This document shows, piece by piece, positions 52,154 to 64,000 of a stretch of 64,000 bases of DNA. This DNA comes from Moniliella sp. 'wahieum' (taxonomy: Eukaryota). The notes under the pieces are model-generated. The model was not told the DNA's origin. It did no database searches and saw nothing but the letters and a program-made list of their open reading frames with translations. How positions within the stretch are numbered: the first letter of the stretch is position 1; each line of letters opens with the position of its first letter. Location: positions 310,001 through 374,000 of the forward strand of contig RSEE01000059.1 in the NCBI GenBank assembly GCA_003971905.1, written 5' to 3'. The translations under genes and the position numbers were made by a program.

Positions 52154-53011
52154 GACCGTTGATGTATCCACAATCTATCAGTATTCATCACATTCCAGGA
52201 AGTACGACAGAACCGCACCCCTCCCAAGTGCTTTCTGGCACTACCTACCTTGCTCTGATAAGACTAAGTAACCATTCACCATGGGAAGTCACTCGCCTTT
52301 CCTTCTTCTCTTCGCCTTCCTTTACCTTGCGTCTCGTCCTCTTGGCCCTAAGTGTACCGACGTGCTGCACTTGATACAGAACTTAGAAATTCTGTCCTGA
52401 ACATACTCACATACTGGTTGATGTTAGTAGGAATCTCGTATCAGGGGGAACGACCAAGACGGGGTGGGCTGCTTGTATACGTGACGTTGGTGTGACATCG
52501 AGATTGGCCTCTGCGTCAGACATAGTAAGAAGGTTCCCTCTCGCGGCGCATCACTGTTTTCCCCTGCCCCGTTCGCAAGCTTCCTGGGGAAACCCACGGG
52601 GGGTGAGGTTGTGGGCTGCATGGGTGGTTGCGGCGACTCCAGTTGCGCCCCCTTGTTGCAATGAACGTACTGAGGCGAAACGCTCTTCTGGGTGGAATAA
52701 CTTTGTTACGACCCGCAAGTAAGTGCAGCAACAGTGGCGACTACAGTAGTATCACTGCCAAGATACGTGTAACGATCGTCGAAGGACATGGCACACTGGT
52801 TCTCATATCATATTCGCTCCGCGCCAGAGACGCTCATGTGGACTCTCGGCAGATGGGGGGGCACCAGGCCTTCCGTGCTGCGGCGCTCAAGCGGGTAGGG
52901 GGGGGGGTACACTAGTGCAGCTAATCAAAAGAGACACGCAGGTAGAACAGGCAGGGAGAGCGACACGATACGTTGGTACAACTGGGCACACAGTGAACAC
53001 AGAGGCGACAG

Positions 53012-53052
53012 ACGACAGGGACAGGGACAGGGACAGAGACAGGGACAGGGAC
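53012..53052. repeat. (GACAGG)n hexamer microsatellite
   Basis: gacagggacagggacagggacagagacagggacagggac. Confidence 0.8.
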
Positions 53053-53271
53053 GGGAAACAGTGACATGGCATGGACATGACAGGGAACAGGAGCACCGGT
53101 ACATGGCAGGCCAGCCAATTTCACGGCGGTTAAAGCGAAACATAGAGGCAATCAGCAGACAGACGACTGACTGACAACTGACGACAGACGACAGACGACA
53201 ATCGAGGGTAAGGGGGGAGGGGGGAAGTGCCTGGCGAAGGAAGGAGAAGAGAGCGAACGCCCAGCGAGAGC

Positions 53272-56200
53272 TCAATACCAAGGTTGCCAGCATTGTGGTC
53301 CTGAGCATGCCGAGGCCGCAGTTCCAGTGCGACCCTGGCTACGATCTCCTCCTGCCATCGCGGGGGAGTTCGCCCTGGTGAACGTGCGGGGTGGTGGTGT
53401 TGGAACCCGATCCGGTAGAGCCGCTGGCGGAATGGGTTCGGGTGGGCGAAGTTGGGTCCTCGAGCGCCACAAGCGCAATGGGAACCGCGCTGCCACCGTC
53501 AGGTCTGGCGGCACCACCCCCGACAGCTCCTTCAGCCGATCGTCCCACGTCAGCCAGCTCAGCCAGGGTGGGCGAGTGAGGTGTTCCCTGCTGCCGGGAT
53601 CGTCGACCACAGGCCCATAGATCGCCCTCTTGCCGCTCGTCTTTCCAGCAAGTGGCGATGGCTCGCGCACCTTGACCCCAAGCCGCAGGACGAACCTGCG
53701 TACCCAATGCCCGGTTGGACCGGCAGCTGAGTCGAGCTGTCGGATGGGTACGGCATAGTGGCGACCATGGCGTCTCCCCGCGCGGGTGCGAGGCCTCATG
53801 CCCAACTGGCGAATCTTCCCTGGCATCGGCAAAGTCAGAGGGCGAGGTCTGGAGCCCTCCTGGCTGAGTGACGAGGACTTGCCGCTCCGGAGACGGGCCG
53901 AGGGTGGGACGCAGAGTGTCGCGGGGCGAGGAGATGGCGTAGCCGTACCCTTCGATTTCAGAAGCACGCGGAGTCAGTTCCGCTCCGCCCAGATCTTGCG
54001 AGTAAACCGAACGAGAGAGATGGTCGCGGTCCGGCCCATCAAACACGATCCTCGAATCAACAGGACCACGACCTTCGGTGTTCGTCTGGTAGCTCATGCT
54101 GAGGCACGATCATAGTACGGTCCCAGGGCGGCAAGGTCGTCCACAGATTCGGTTGTGTCCTCGGCATCGCAAAGAGCGAGGAACCGGGCTCCGACACTTG
54201 CCCCTCCGATTCACTTCGTACCTGGAACGGTGCAGTAGCAAAGGCAGTGTTCCTGCCCCCCGAGACGACACGACGGTTGCGAAGTCCCGACGCGTCGGAA
54301 CCCATGGCGACACCCGAGGCCAGCGAAGAAGTAGCGCCATGGCGCCTGTGCCCTCTCTCGCAGCGGCAGCGCAGCAGCAGCAGCGACGGCGCCAGCAGCA
54401 CCCGCACCAGTAGCAGCACCCATCGCACCAGCGCCAGTGCCCTGAGCCATCCCAGCCACCCGGATCCCGAGGTGGAAGGGACGATGCCTGAGCCCGATTG
54501 GGCCAGTCCGTCTTCATCAGAGGGGTGGAGCTGAACAGTCCTGTTTCCCAACTCGCTTTCGGAGTCATATCCTCTTGCTCGCCATCGGACGCGCCCATCC
54601 CCTGACCGGGCTGAGAGACGGGCTGAGAGAAAGGGTCAGCTCCGCGGTACGGAGAGCGTGGTGTGGCGCGTACGGGGGCCACCCTGAAGCACCTCCTCAA
54701 GTCATGCTTGGGCTTGGGAGTGGTTCCCTGCAAATGAGCAAAGAAGGCCAGGGGTTGCGGCGTTGTCTCGTCCGGCCGCTTTGGCTGGATTCCGTTCCAA
54801 ACACGTCCTCCTCCTCCGTCGGCGTGATGCGAACCGGATCGTGATGGTCCTGGTGGGTGGCCGCTGCGCCACCTACGACGGCGGCCCCCGTCGCCGCGGT
54901 GGGGAAGTGGGAGTACGAGGCGTAGCCAGTGGGGTCTTAAAACCCGTGGCTGGGGATTTCGGTGTGCCGGACTTGTTTGGGTAGTGGCAACGGCAGTGTG
55001 GTGCGTCGAATAGCTATGGGAGTTGATGCATCCGAAGCACGTTTGCCCGGGGACTTTTTGCTCCAGGCTGAGGCAACCGTGCCGGCCGCTGCACCTGCCA
55101 CAACCGCTCCCACCGCGCCCGTGGGCACGTCTCCAGTCATAAATGGGTTACCGTCCCGATCGATCGGGGGGGACGCGTGGGGCGGAGCGAGTGGCTGCTC
55201 GGATTGGCGAACCCGGTTGCCCCTGCCCCTGCCGCCCCTGCCGCCCTGCCCCTGCCGCCTGCGACTAGCGGTGACGAAATATGAATGGGGGAACCATCCA
55301 GCATTTCTTGCTCTTTTGCCTTCTCCCCTTTTCTTGTTTCCTCCTCCGGCAGCAGCACAAAGCAAGGCCAAAGCGCAAGGAGAGCGGGATGCCCAATCCG
55401 AGACCCAGCCCGAGACCGAGACCAAGGTGCTTGTGTGGTGCCCAGTGCTCGCACCGGCTTGGAGGAAGGCGAAGGAGTAGCCGTGGTAGCGGTGGGCGCA
55501 ACAAGAAGTTTCATGGTAGCTGTGCTAGAGGAGTTGTACCCATTCACCATCCGTGACGCAGCAACGGTGAGGGTACTGTTCCCCCCTCCGGACGGAACAG
55601 CCCCAACAACTTGGACGCATTGGGTGAAGCCACGTTGGCCCGCCCGAGACGGCGAGCACGAGCCCCGCCCCAGCAGCGGTAGCGGCAGGAGTAAGGTACG
55701 GGGCCAAGTCGCAAGTGAAGTTTTGCCCTGGCGTGGCATGAGCGTCTGGAAGTGAGTTGGTGCAAGCAGGGAGGGGAAGAGGTGCACGGGCTGGGGGACT
55801 TGTGGGTCGTAGCGTTCAAAGAGGCAGAGAGAAGTTGACCGGCACATTCCAAGTGTTGGTCGATGTGAGGTTTGTATCCAAAGGGGGGGTTCCAGAGAAG
55901 GAACGAGTAGCCGGATCGAACTGAAGCCAAGGAGTGGCAGACGTGTGGCACTGACTGACGCGACGGAGTGGAGAAGCGTTTGATTGGCGTTGATCGGTTG
56001 GCCGTCGAGGGTCAAGCCGGTGATGGGGAGTGTATAGTTGAAGGCGGATCCAGCGGTGGCGTTGGCGACGGACAGGGGTGCGGCAGCGCAAGCACATGGT
56101 CCGCGACAACGATGCTGAAGTTGCTCGATGGGCCGCCAAAACCAGGTTGGTTGGAGGCGGTGACCGTGACATTTACCGTGGTGGGGTGGTGGGCGCTACG

Positions 56201-56839
56201 CCAGAGAACGTGTAGTCGGAAGCGTTGAAGTGGAGCCAGGCGGGCAAGGGTTGGTGTCGCCCACTTGTGGGGTCCAGTAGACGGCCGTGTCATTGTTGGC
56301 TTCGACAAAGAGTCGCCTTCAAACCCAAGGGAGAAGCTCCATCCCAGCAGCCAGAGAGAGCCGTTTGGCAGCACGTGAGACGGACCCAGCTCCGAAGCGA
56401 TGCGGGTAGTTGCTGCGCGAGGGGAAGATTGACGGTGGGCGCAGGAGCCTGGACCACGTTGAGCTGGAACGTATCTGTGCCCGTGTGGAGCCCATCGCTG
56501 GGTTTTCAGGACGGGCAGCGAGGGTAACGGTAGCAGAGCGCAGGTCCGAGGCTGTGGGGGTGCCAGAAAACGTGAGGGTGTGGTTGTCAAAGGTGCACCA
56601 CGAGGGCAGTCCCGTCACCGAGAAGTCAACAGGGCCGCCCGCGTTGGCGACAAATGTGTCGGGGTCCAGGACCCACTCATAGGGCTGGCCGACATGGGCC
56701 AGCGGCGGCAGCTGGGCCTTGAGTGTGGTGACCTGGTGAACCGACGCATGGACGCTGGCGACCAGGGCGGCGAGGAAAGCGAGTGTGAGGGTGGCCCGGG
56801 ACTGGCCGCGGGGCGAGCAAGGCGCTGTGTGCGGCGCAT
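53272..56839 (-). CDS. AXL2: Axl2-like type I membrane protein with cadherin-like (CADG/He_PIG) extracellular domains
   Basis: Signal peptide LTLAFLAALVASVHA. AQLPPLAHVGQPYEWVL..DTF, GLPSWCTFD..TLTFSGTP, WSFSLGF..D and PWLQFDPATRSFSGTPP repeats. TM LGLGLGLGIP..., then a long low-complexity cytoplasmic tail with a further PWLSWLTWDDRLKELSGVVP module. Confidence 0.78.
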
Positions 56840-58522
56840 GGGGGTCTGGCACACGCAGGTCAGCGGCTGCGGCGACGGCCTTGACGACGCGATACGTACC
56901 CAGAGGAGGCGGGGCAGATGGGCAGCAGGCAGCACAGCGAAGACGGGGTAAGGAGCGTGGAGCGTGTCGGGCACGGAGACACGGGCGAGGGAGAGGGCCG
57001 AAGCACCGACGCAGCGGCCGGCCAAGGGAGAGCAGATGGTAGCAAGAAGACGAACGCGGAGGAGGACGCCCCTTCTGCCTGACGCTGGTGCGTCTTCCCG
57101 CCGGGTGGGGGGGTGGCAGTCAGCGGTCGTGCCGTCCATCACGCGTGGCGCGGCGCGGGGGGCGCAGTCATAGCGTGGAGGGGCAGGCGGCGGCACGGGG
57201 CAGTGTGGATCGGCGCAGAGTGAGGTGATTAAGTTGCGCAGCCCTGCGTTCCACGCGGCAGCGCGGCAGCCGTGTGTGCGGCCTGCCCAAAGCGGCAGGC
57301 GGTGGATGCTGCCAGGCACGCCTCTGCAAACCACCTTCCTGCTTGGGAAGCAGCAGTGCTGCCCGGTCAGGTCAACGAGCGCCCCGCCACCAAACATCTA
57401 CATTTCTACGCCAAATCCCAGCCCAAGCCCTAAAGCGTCACGTCGCTTACGAGCCTTGTTGGCCCCAACCCACCCTGTTTGTCCGCGCACCCGACACATC
57501 CGCCTGACGCTGCCCACGACGCTGCCAAAACATCTCTGATGTCTGTGCCTCTGTTTCATGTGTGATTCCAAGTCATCGGTAACACAGAAGGCCATGTGCA
57601 CGACAGCCAGTGTATGTATCGTAGCATGCCAGCCTCTGCCATATCGACGTCTGATGATGCCGCCTCCAAGCACATTCTGTTGGCCTAGTAGGTAGCCTGG
57701 GATACTGTGCAGAGAAGAGATCGTTCAGTTTGAACTGTCAACCCAAACAAAAAGCCAGCAGAGTCGCCAGCCAATGCCCCCCCCCAAAACTAGAGGGAAG
57801 AACCCGCGCGCTTGAGTACGTCGCTATGGTATGCTTGGCGTTCCTGTCGCATTCCGCTTGCTTCAGGATGCGATGTTATTGCTGCACCCAGCTTTATTTC
57901 GCACAGGTGGGGGCAAATGCTGCTGAGTCTTACAGGTGCGGCGGAGTCCTGCTCTCGGTCCAGTCTCCAAGAATAGGCGAACAATGGGCGGTAGAGGCCA
58001 ACATAGCCTCCAAATCCCCTTCTCGACGACCCGAAGGAAAAGAAGGTGCATTCGAAGAAAATAGCATACCTCTCTCGATGGCCTTAGCAGAGAGGAATGT
58101 AGAGAGATAACGTGCCCACGGATGAGCGTGCACACGTTAGTTACTTCTCCCGGTTGCTACTATGGAGGGACGAAATGATTTCTTTCGACGTGAGGATACG
58201 CCTTGTGAAGAGGGGCATGCCATGAGAGAAACGGGGGCAGTGGCGAGAGAGCCTGTGTGGCTGTGAGCTTACGCGCTCTTCTTCTGATCCTTATTGTTTC
58301 CCACCCCGACAAGTTCTGCTCCCTGGGGCGCAAAATGGCTTTGGCCCGTCTGCACCGGGAGTAGGTCCCCTGACTTTATGTGGGTCAGTGTACCCTTTTG
58401 GTGAAGTGTAGTGAAGACGAAACGGAGTTTCGTTCCAGGAAAACGGACTGTGTTTTCCTATTAGATGTGCCTCGCTGAGGAAAAGGAAATGGAGTAAAAT
58501 GTGAAAAAGGCCGAACCAAAAA

Positions 58523-58607
58523 CTCTCCGACCGGAATCGAACCCGGGTCTCGTCCGCACGCCTGTTCCGGTGACAGGGACGTGTCATAGCCACTAAACTA
58601 TCGGAGA
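58523..58607 (-). tRNA. tRNA-Asp(GTC) with a 14-nt intron (58557..58570)
   Basis: Acceptor stem TCTCCGA/TCGGAGA, D-arm with AGTGG, anticodon stem CGTCC/GGACG with loop CT-GTC-A^C, T-loop GGTTCGATTCC, discriminator G. A T5 Pol III terminator follows immediately. Confidence 0.93.
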
Positions 58608-58923
58608 CAGTTGAGTTAAGTGAGTGCAGCAACACTACTATGTTGACTCAAGTAGGATGATTGGAAGCGGAAGCGGCTCGTGCGCACCCGGCAGCGTCCG
58701 GGGCTTTTCGGGCCGGCGGGCCAGTAGGCGAGTGCCGCCGTGACGCTGAAAATCCCACGCGGGCCATCGGCAGCAACAGCCGAGCGCCGGCAGCAACAGC
58801 CCGAGCGCCGGCAGCCCACACTCTCTCTCTGCTGTGCTCGCGGTGGGTTGGGGCTGCGCTCAGTCTGGGCAGCAACCTTCTCGGACTTCTTCGGACCCCA
58901 CCACCACCACCACCATCCCTCTA

Positions 58924-59912
58924 ATGTTCTCCGCCCTCCGCTCCTCTGTTGCCCGCACCGCCCCCTCGGTCCTCAGCGCCGCCGCGCCGCTGTCGCGTGT
59001 GCCCCTGGCCACCCGTGCGCTGAGTGTGTCGGCTCGCGTCGCCGCGCCCGAGTAAAAACATCATCGTCACCCCTGCCGCCGAGGGCAAGGTGACGCTCAT
59101 CAAGCTCAACCGCCCCAAGGCCCTCAACGCGCTCAACAGCGAGCTGTTCCACGAGATCAACGCTGCCACTGCCGAGGCGGATGCGGATGCGGCGGTGCAC
59201 GCCATTGTGATTACTGGCTCGGACAAGGCGTTTGCCGCTGGCGCCGACATTAAGGAGATGAAGGATGTCAAGTTTACCGATGCGTACAAGAACAACTTCC
59301 TTGGCCACTGGAGCCTGCTCACCACGGTCCGCAAGCCTATTATTGCGGCCGTGTCGGGCTTTGCGCTGGGCGGTGGGTGTGAACTGGTGATGATGTGCGA
59401 CATTGCTATCGCTGCGCCGTCGGCCGTGTTTGGCCAGCCCGAAATCAACTTGGGCATCATCCCGGGTGGCGGAGGATCTCAGCGTCTGTGCAAGGCGGTG
59501 GGCAAGTCGCTGGCGATGGAAATGATCCTGACGGGCCACATGATCAAGGCGCCTGAAGCAGCGGCGCGCGGATTGGTGTCCCGCGTGGTAGGGGAGGACC
59601 AAGACGTGGTCGAAGAGGCCATCAAGATTGGCGCCAAGATTGCGACCAAGTCGCAGATTGCTACTCAGGCGGGCAAGGAAGCCGTCAACCATGGTACGTA
59701 CCCTCACCCTACTCCTTTTGTCGAAGCAAAATGCGCGAAACTGATCGATGATACTGATGTTGTGATACTTCCCAAATCAGCTTACGACTTGCCCCTCACC
59801 CAGGGCCTCACCTATGAGAAGCGGCTCTTCCACGCCCTTTGCCACCAAGGACCAAAAGGAGGGCATGGGTGCCTTTGCCGAGAAGCGCAAGCCCACGTTC
59901 ACCAACGAGTAA
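58924..59912 (+). CDS. ECHS1: Mitochondrial short-chain enoyl-CoA hydratase (crotonase)
   Basis: Arg/Ser/Ala-rich presequence MFSALRSSVART. LNRPKALNAL, ITGSDKAFAAGADIKEM, KPIIAAVSGFALGGGCEL.MMCD and FGQPEINLGIIPGGGGSQRL. Intron 59693..59780. Confidence 0.95.
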
Positions 59913-61862
59913 ATAAACCCGTTTCGCTTCGCATCACAGAGAGTGGTGTGTTGTTCCGTGGAATCGACGCAAGCGAATCATCCCGCTTGAGATGGTCCTG
60001 TGTTGCAATAGCATCTAAGACTTCCCCTCCCATTTGTTAAGCACACATAGTTGTTCCGGTTGTTGGGTTACGCATCGCTTCCTTTTGGACTTCGCCTTGG
60101 CGAAAGGAGGCAGGAACTATCGCGCCCGCTTCTGCGCTGACGGAGATGCTGTGGCGCAGGGGGTCAGCTTCAGGCCGGTGTGCCAAGCGCCATGTCGGGA
60201 ACGTATGCGATGGATAAACTTGTGCACAGTTTGAACAGTTAGTGGCATAACAAAGTGGGAACGATATTGCCCCTTCAGGCGCGTCACCATAATACGAGGA
60301 TAGGTGGCCGCAACTAATATGCGTATTCGGACAAAGACGTGTTTTGCCTTACTGCGACAAGAGCCACAGCCTCTAAGCCAACAGTTAGCAACGGTTTGTC
60401 ATGGGCGGAGTCCCGGGGTGGGGCCCACCCCTGTGAGGATAGTCTAGGGGTACAAACTCTTGGACTGCCAGTCGGAGCCACACGTACGGTATGTCCAGCC
60501 ACAGATGCAGGTCAAACCGAGCGGGTGGAGAGGCGTGAGGAGAAGGGGAATTCTTTGAATGCCTATGAGATTCATTCGGGCTCCATGGAACGGTGCCTTA
60601 TACCAAAAGGAAAGGAGAAGCAGTCACACAGGTAAACAACGCGCGTGATGACACACACACACACGCAAAGGGGTCAAGAAATATCTAGAACAGGTTCATA
60701 CGCACAGCTGGTGGGGAGTATTTGTGGCCCCTCAAATAGCCGATCAAGGCGCGGGAGAGACGCTCTAGTTTGGGTAGCTGCCTGCGTGCAAAAGCCGCAG
60801 CTCAGGTCCTCCGAGGTAGGAGCAGCGTACGTAGGTCGTCAGGCCTGTTGAAATGGCCTACAGGTATTCTCCGGGGTACTTACTTGGTATCGGTTACCAA
60901 GCTCTGTATACAGTAGGAGGATTCAGATGGAGAGCAATAGCTACTAGTGAGAGAGTAACCGCGGCTTGCGGTGTAACCGACGTGAGTCGTAAATTCGCAA
61001 GGATGGTACAAGGTGAAAGGGCGAGAGGAAAAGGAACAGGTTGGAATTGTGGTGTTGAACAGGCAGGATGGTCGATTAGAAGACCACAGCGAGGAAGCCT
61101 TATACAGAGCTGTTTATGTACCGTGCTAGAAAATGGACTGTCGTTCATATACGACCGGATGATCGATGACCCTGTAGCGACGTACTACGGAAGGAAGACT
61201 GCGCGGTCTGAGCTACCAGAAGTAGATGAGCGAGAACGAGGTAACGAGCCGAGCGAAGATGGGGCGGTCGTAAGGAAGAACAGAGGAATACGCCAGCAGT
61301 GTCTACTACACGTGCGGCCTACAATGGGAACCAAGCGGGGAGGCGCCACGGATAGAGCGCGCGGCGCACTGGGCTAAGCGTAAAACCAACAACCACTAAC
61401 TAGGGCAGTGCCACTGGCAACAGCCACGGTGCAACAACCCTCGAAGGCTCAGCGCTCAAAGCTCAAAGAAGGTGCACTTACCTGTGCGCGTGCGCAAGCG
61501 ACCCAGTCTACGCTTGTGATAGGCATCATACTACAGACAATGCTCTGGTAGAGTGTTATGATGGCTGTGGATGCAGCAAATGTTTTTTTGTGCCAGCACG
61601 CAAAGGCATGGCGTATGATACAAGTAAAAGAGATCGCAGCACCGTGGAACTGCACCGTCAAGCAGGGACATAGGCACCATTTTCAGTGGAGATCAAAAAA
61701 CCGTGACGCAAGGACAAACGGACAATGAGGAAAAGAGAGCAGTTTGGATCGGGCCCAAAGCCCAGGCTTCCATCACAAGAGTGGAAGAGGGAGCTCATGA
61801 AGCCAGAACTGGGAGAAGTTGAGGAGAATGGTGTGACACGAAGGGAGACAGAGCCACAACAT

Positions 61863-62322
61863 TTAGATGAAGTGCCAGCCGATGGGGAAGACACCCTGGC
61901 CCATGTCGCCCTCGTCAAGGGCGGAGAAGAGGGCGGGGGACATGTCCAGGCTGCCCTCAGCGCAGCCAGGGCAGAGGTCAACAATCGTGGCGAACTGCCA
62001 GATGCCCTTCTGCTGATTGAGGATAGCCACCTCCTTGCCGCAAGCCTCCTGGGTGTATTGGGGCGCGTTCAGAGCGACAACAAAGTCGGTGTGTTGGTTG
62101 GTCCAGCCGCAAGCGCCGAGACCGACCTCAAAGAAAGTAGCTTGGCCACTGTTGCGGATCATGGATGGTCAGTATAAATGTCCACATTAGGCAATTGCGA
62201 CAAGAGTGGACGTACGCAAAGTGGCGCTTCTCCAGCTCCGCAGCGGGCTTGATGGGGGCAGCCGAGGCGGTCAGGGCGAACACCGCGGTGGCGGCAGCAG
62301 CGATCTTGGTGAAAGAGAACAT
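61863..62322 (-). CDS. Secreted RlpA-like double-psi beta-barrel protein (loosenin/expansin-related)
   Basis: Signal peptide and Kex2 KR site, intron 62149..62215, then GQATFFEVGLGACGWTN...DFVVALN, CGKEV and ATIVDLCPGCAEGSLDMSPALF.AL.....GVFPIGWHF. Confidence 0.9.
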
Positions 62323-62434
62323 GGCTGAATGAGAGAGAGATGGAGCGAGAGAAAACGCGGATGAGAAGAGAGTGGAGCTGAGAAAGGCGGTTGGTGGTGG
62401 GGAAACAATGCCCCAAGGTCCAGACCGTCGCAGG

Positions 62435-62441
62435 TTTTATA
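62435..62441 (-). promoter_or_regulatory. TATA box (TATAAAA) of the loosenin-like gene
   Basis: TTTTATA on the + strand, about 115 bp upstream of the ATG, followed by a CT-rich leader. Confidence 0.5.
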
Positions 62442-64000
62442 GAGAAAGAGGGTAGATGTTCCGTCTCAAGGGCACAACCAGCGAACAGGAGAGCTGCTTT
62501 GAAAAAAGTGACGAGTGTGAAAGGGCAGCAGCAGCGTCAGAGTCCCCTCTGGCAGCCTGGCACGGCGCATCGAGGGGGGGGGATCCGGGGGAGGAAGAAA
62601 GGGGGGGGGGAGGGTCAGCCTCAGCGCTGATGAGCTCAGCCGCCATGCCAGCCAGACAACAGAAGCACACCACGACTGTGAGTGCTGGGCAGGGTAGCTA
62701 GTGACATATGCAAGTGGGATACGATACAGGGATTCCATCGGCGGATGATTTGCGTTGAGTTAGTCCGTCCGCGTTGCTGGCTGTGCGAAGAGGGCAACTA
62801 GCAACCCCAGATGTTTTGCCGGAGCGGAGCCGGAAACTGCTCATCGTCAGCGGAAGACTTGTGGGTGGCTGGGCGACCCCTTCTGATGGATGAGGGAGGA
62901 GGTGGATGATGGGCGAGAGGCCGTGCCCAGCACACACGGGGGGCCTGCTGAAAAAACAAACAAGGGTGTGGCGGCGGTGCACGGACAAGGGAGGGCATGG
63001 CGTCCATGTGGATGGGAGGAGGGGGATCCGCAGTTTGGGGGGCAGGTGGCGAGGCGCTAAGGCCTAACGCCTGACCCTGAGGCCGCCCGCTGGGCCCTCG
63101 GAAGCTCGAACCGAGTTGGGCTGAGCAGCGCTGTGCCTCCGGCCTCAGCTGCCTCAGCCATCACTCGTGCCTGAGACTGTGCCGCCATGTGGCTGCCTCG
63201 GCCGGCAGATCCTCCGAATCTTGGAGTCCCCCCTAGCCCACTGGGATCCCCCCAGAGACATTCTGACAGCCGTCTCTCTCAGGTCCCACGCCGATTCACA
63301 ATTTACCCACGGTTTCAAGTTTTGTTTTGCTTTCCTCCCGTTCTTCGGCCCCTGGGAGGGGGGTGTTGGCGGGTGCGGGTGCCGCAAGCGACTCAGCCTG
63401 AGGTACATAGAGGGTGTCCCATGCGTCATTGATATTCGATCGACGCACAACGCTGCAATGTTCAAGTTGCCAACCGAACCAGAGTCTACTGGCTATACCT
63501 ACCCCCCCAGAGCCCCCAGGAAAACGGGGGGGGCACAACAGCCGAAAACGAGGGGGCAGCAATCGGCTGGGTTCGAATGTTCTTGCTTGACTTCAAATTG
63601 CAAGGTATGTTCCAAAAGTTGGTTTTTCCTTCCCATCCTGCATCCGGCGATCGCCCCTTCGTATGAAACAAGCCTTCATACCCTCGGCCTCGGCGCCTCA
63701 GTCCCTCAGGCCTAACCCTCAGGGCCTCAAAACTTGCATGGCGTCTTACGATCTTACGCGTTATGCGTGTTAAATTATGCCGCGAGCCTGACGGGAAACG
63801 GCACCACATGCCCGAAAAGGCTAGTCGAATTAGGTATTTTTGAGTTTTGAACCTGTGAAGCGTGGGAATACGCACAGAAAACGATCGAAGATACAGAGAT
63901 GCATTATGCATTACCTCAGAGGACCGTGAGTTCGGGGAGACCTCCACCACCTACATTTGGGGGGAGGGGGGCAAGACCGTGGGGAGGGGGGATTGGACCG

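Noticed and set aside
60034..61800. ORF 60853..61377 and isolated GTAAGT donors on the minus strand
   Set aside because: No homology cues, non-coding-like composition, and no matching branch/acceptor chain.

Overview
GC-rich, compact, intron-containing fungal DNA, most likely a basidiomycete and possibly Ustilaginomycotina (inferred from GC content, GTACGT/GTATGT donors, short introns and protein content). About 23 protein-coding genes are recognisable, mostly housekeeping: PCM1, HUS1, an SPX-domain Pho87/90/91-type phosphate transporter, a very long low-complexity protein ending in an MDR oxidoreductase domain, EPL1, RNase T2, AAR2, a perilipin-like protein, a PCL-type cyclin, MND1, a 2OG-Fe(II) dioxygenase, RAM2, PUT2, a NUP-family protein, a bacterial-type YwnB-like NAD(P)H reductase, NDUFA8, uL13m, NDUFA13, HAM1, an Axl2-like protein, enoyl-CoA hydratase and a loosenin-like DPBB protein. 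There is also one intron-containing tRNA-Asp(GTC). Almost every gene is split by 1-nt frameshifts, which points to an unpolished long-read assembly rather than pseudogenes, so CDS boundaries are approximate. The best leads are a probable bacteria-derived reductase gene with a 5'UTR intron, two cryptic spliced units invisible to the ORF track (about 15.2-16.0 kb and 28.4-28.8 kb), an in-frame TAG inside RAM2, microexons in MND1 and a tight cluster of three mitochondrial genes. I found no convincing large novel multi-gene system, CRISPR array or intact transposon.
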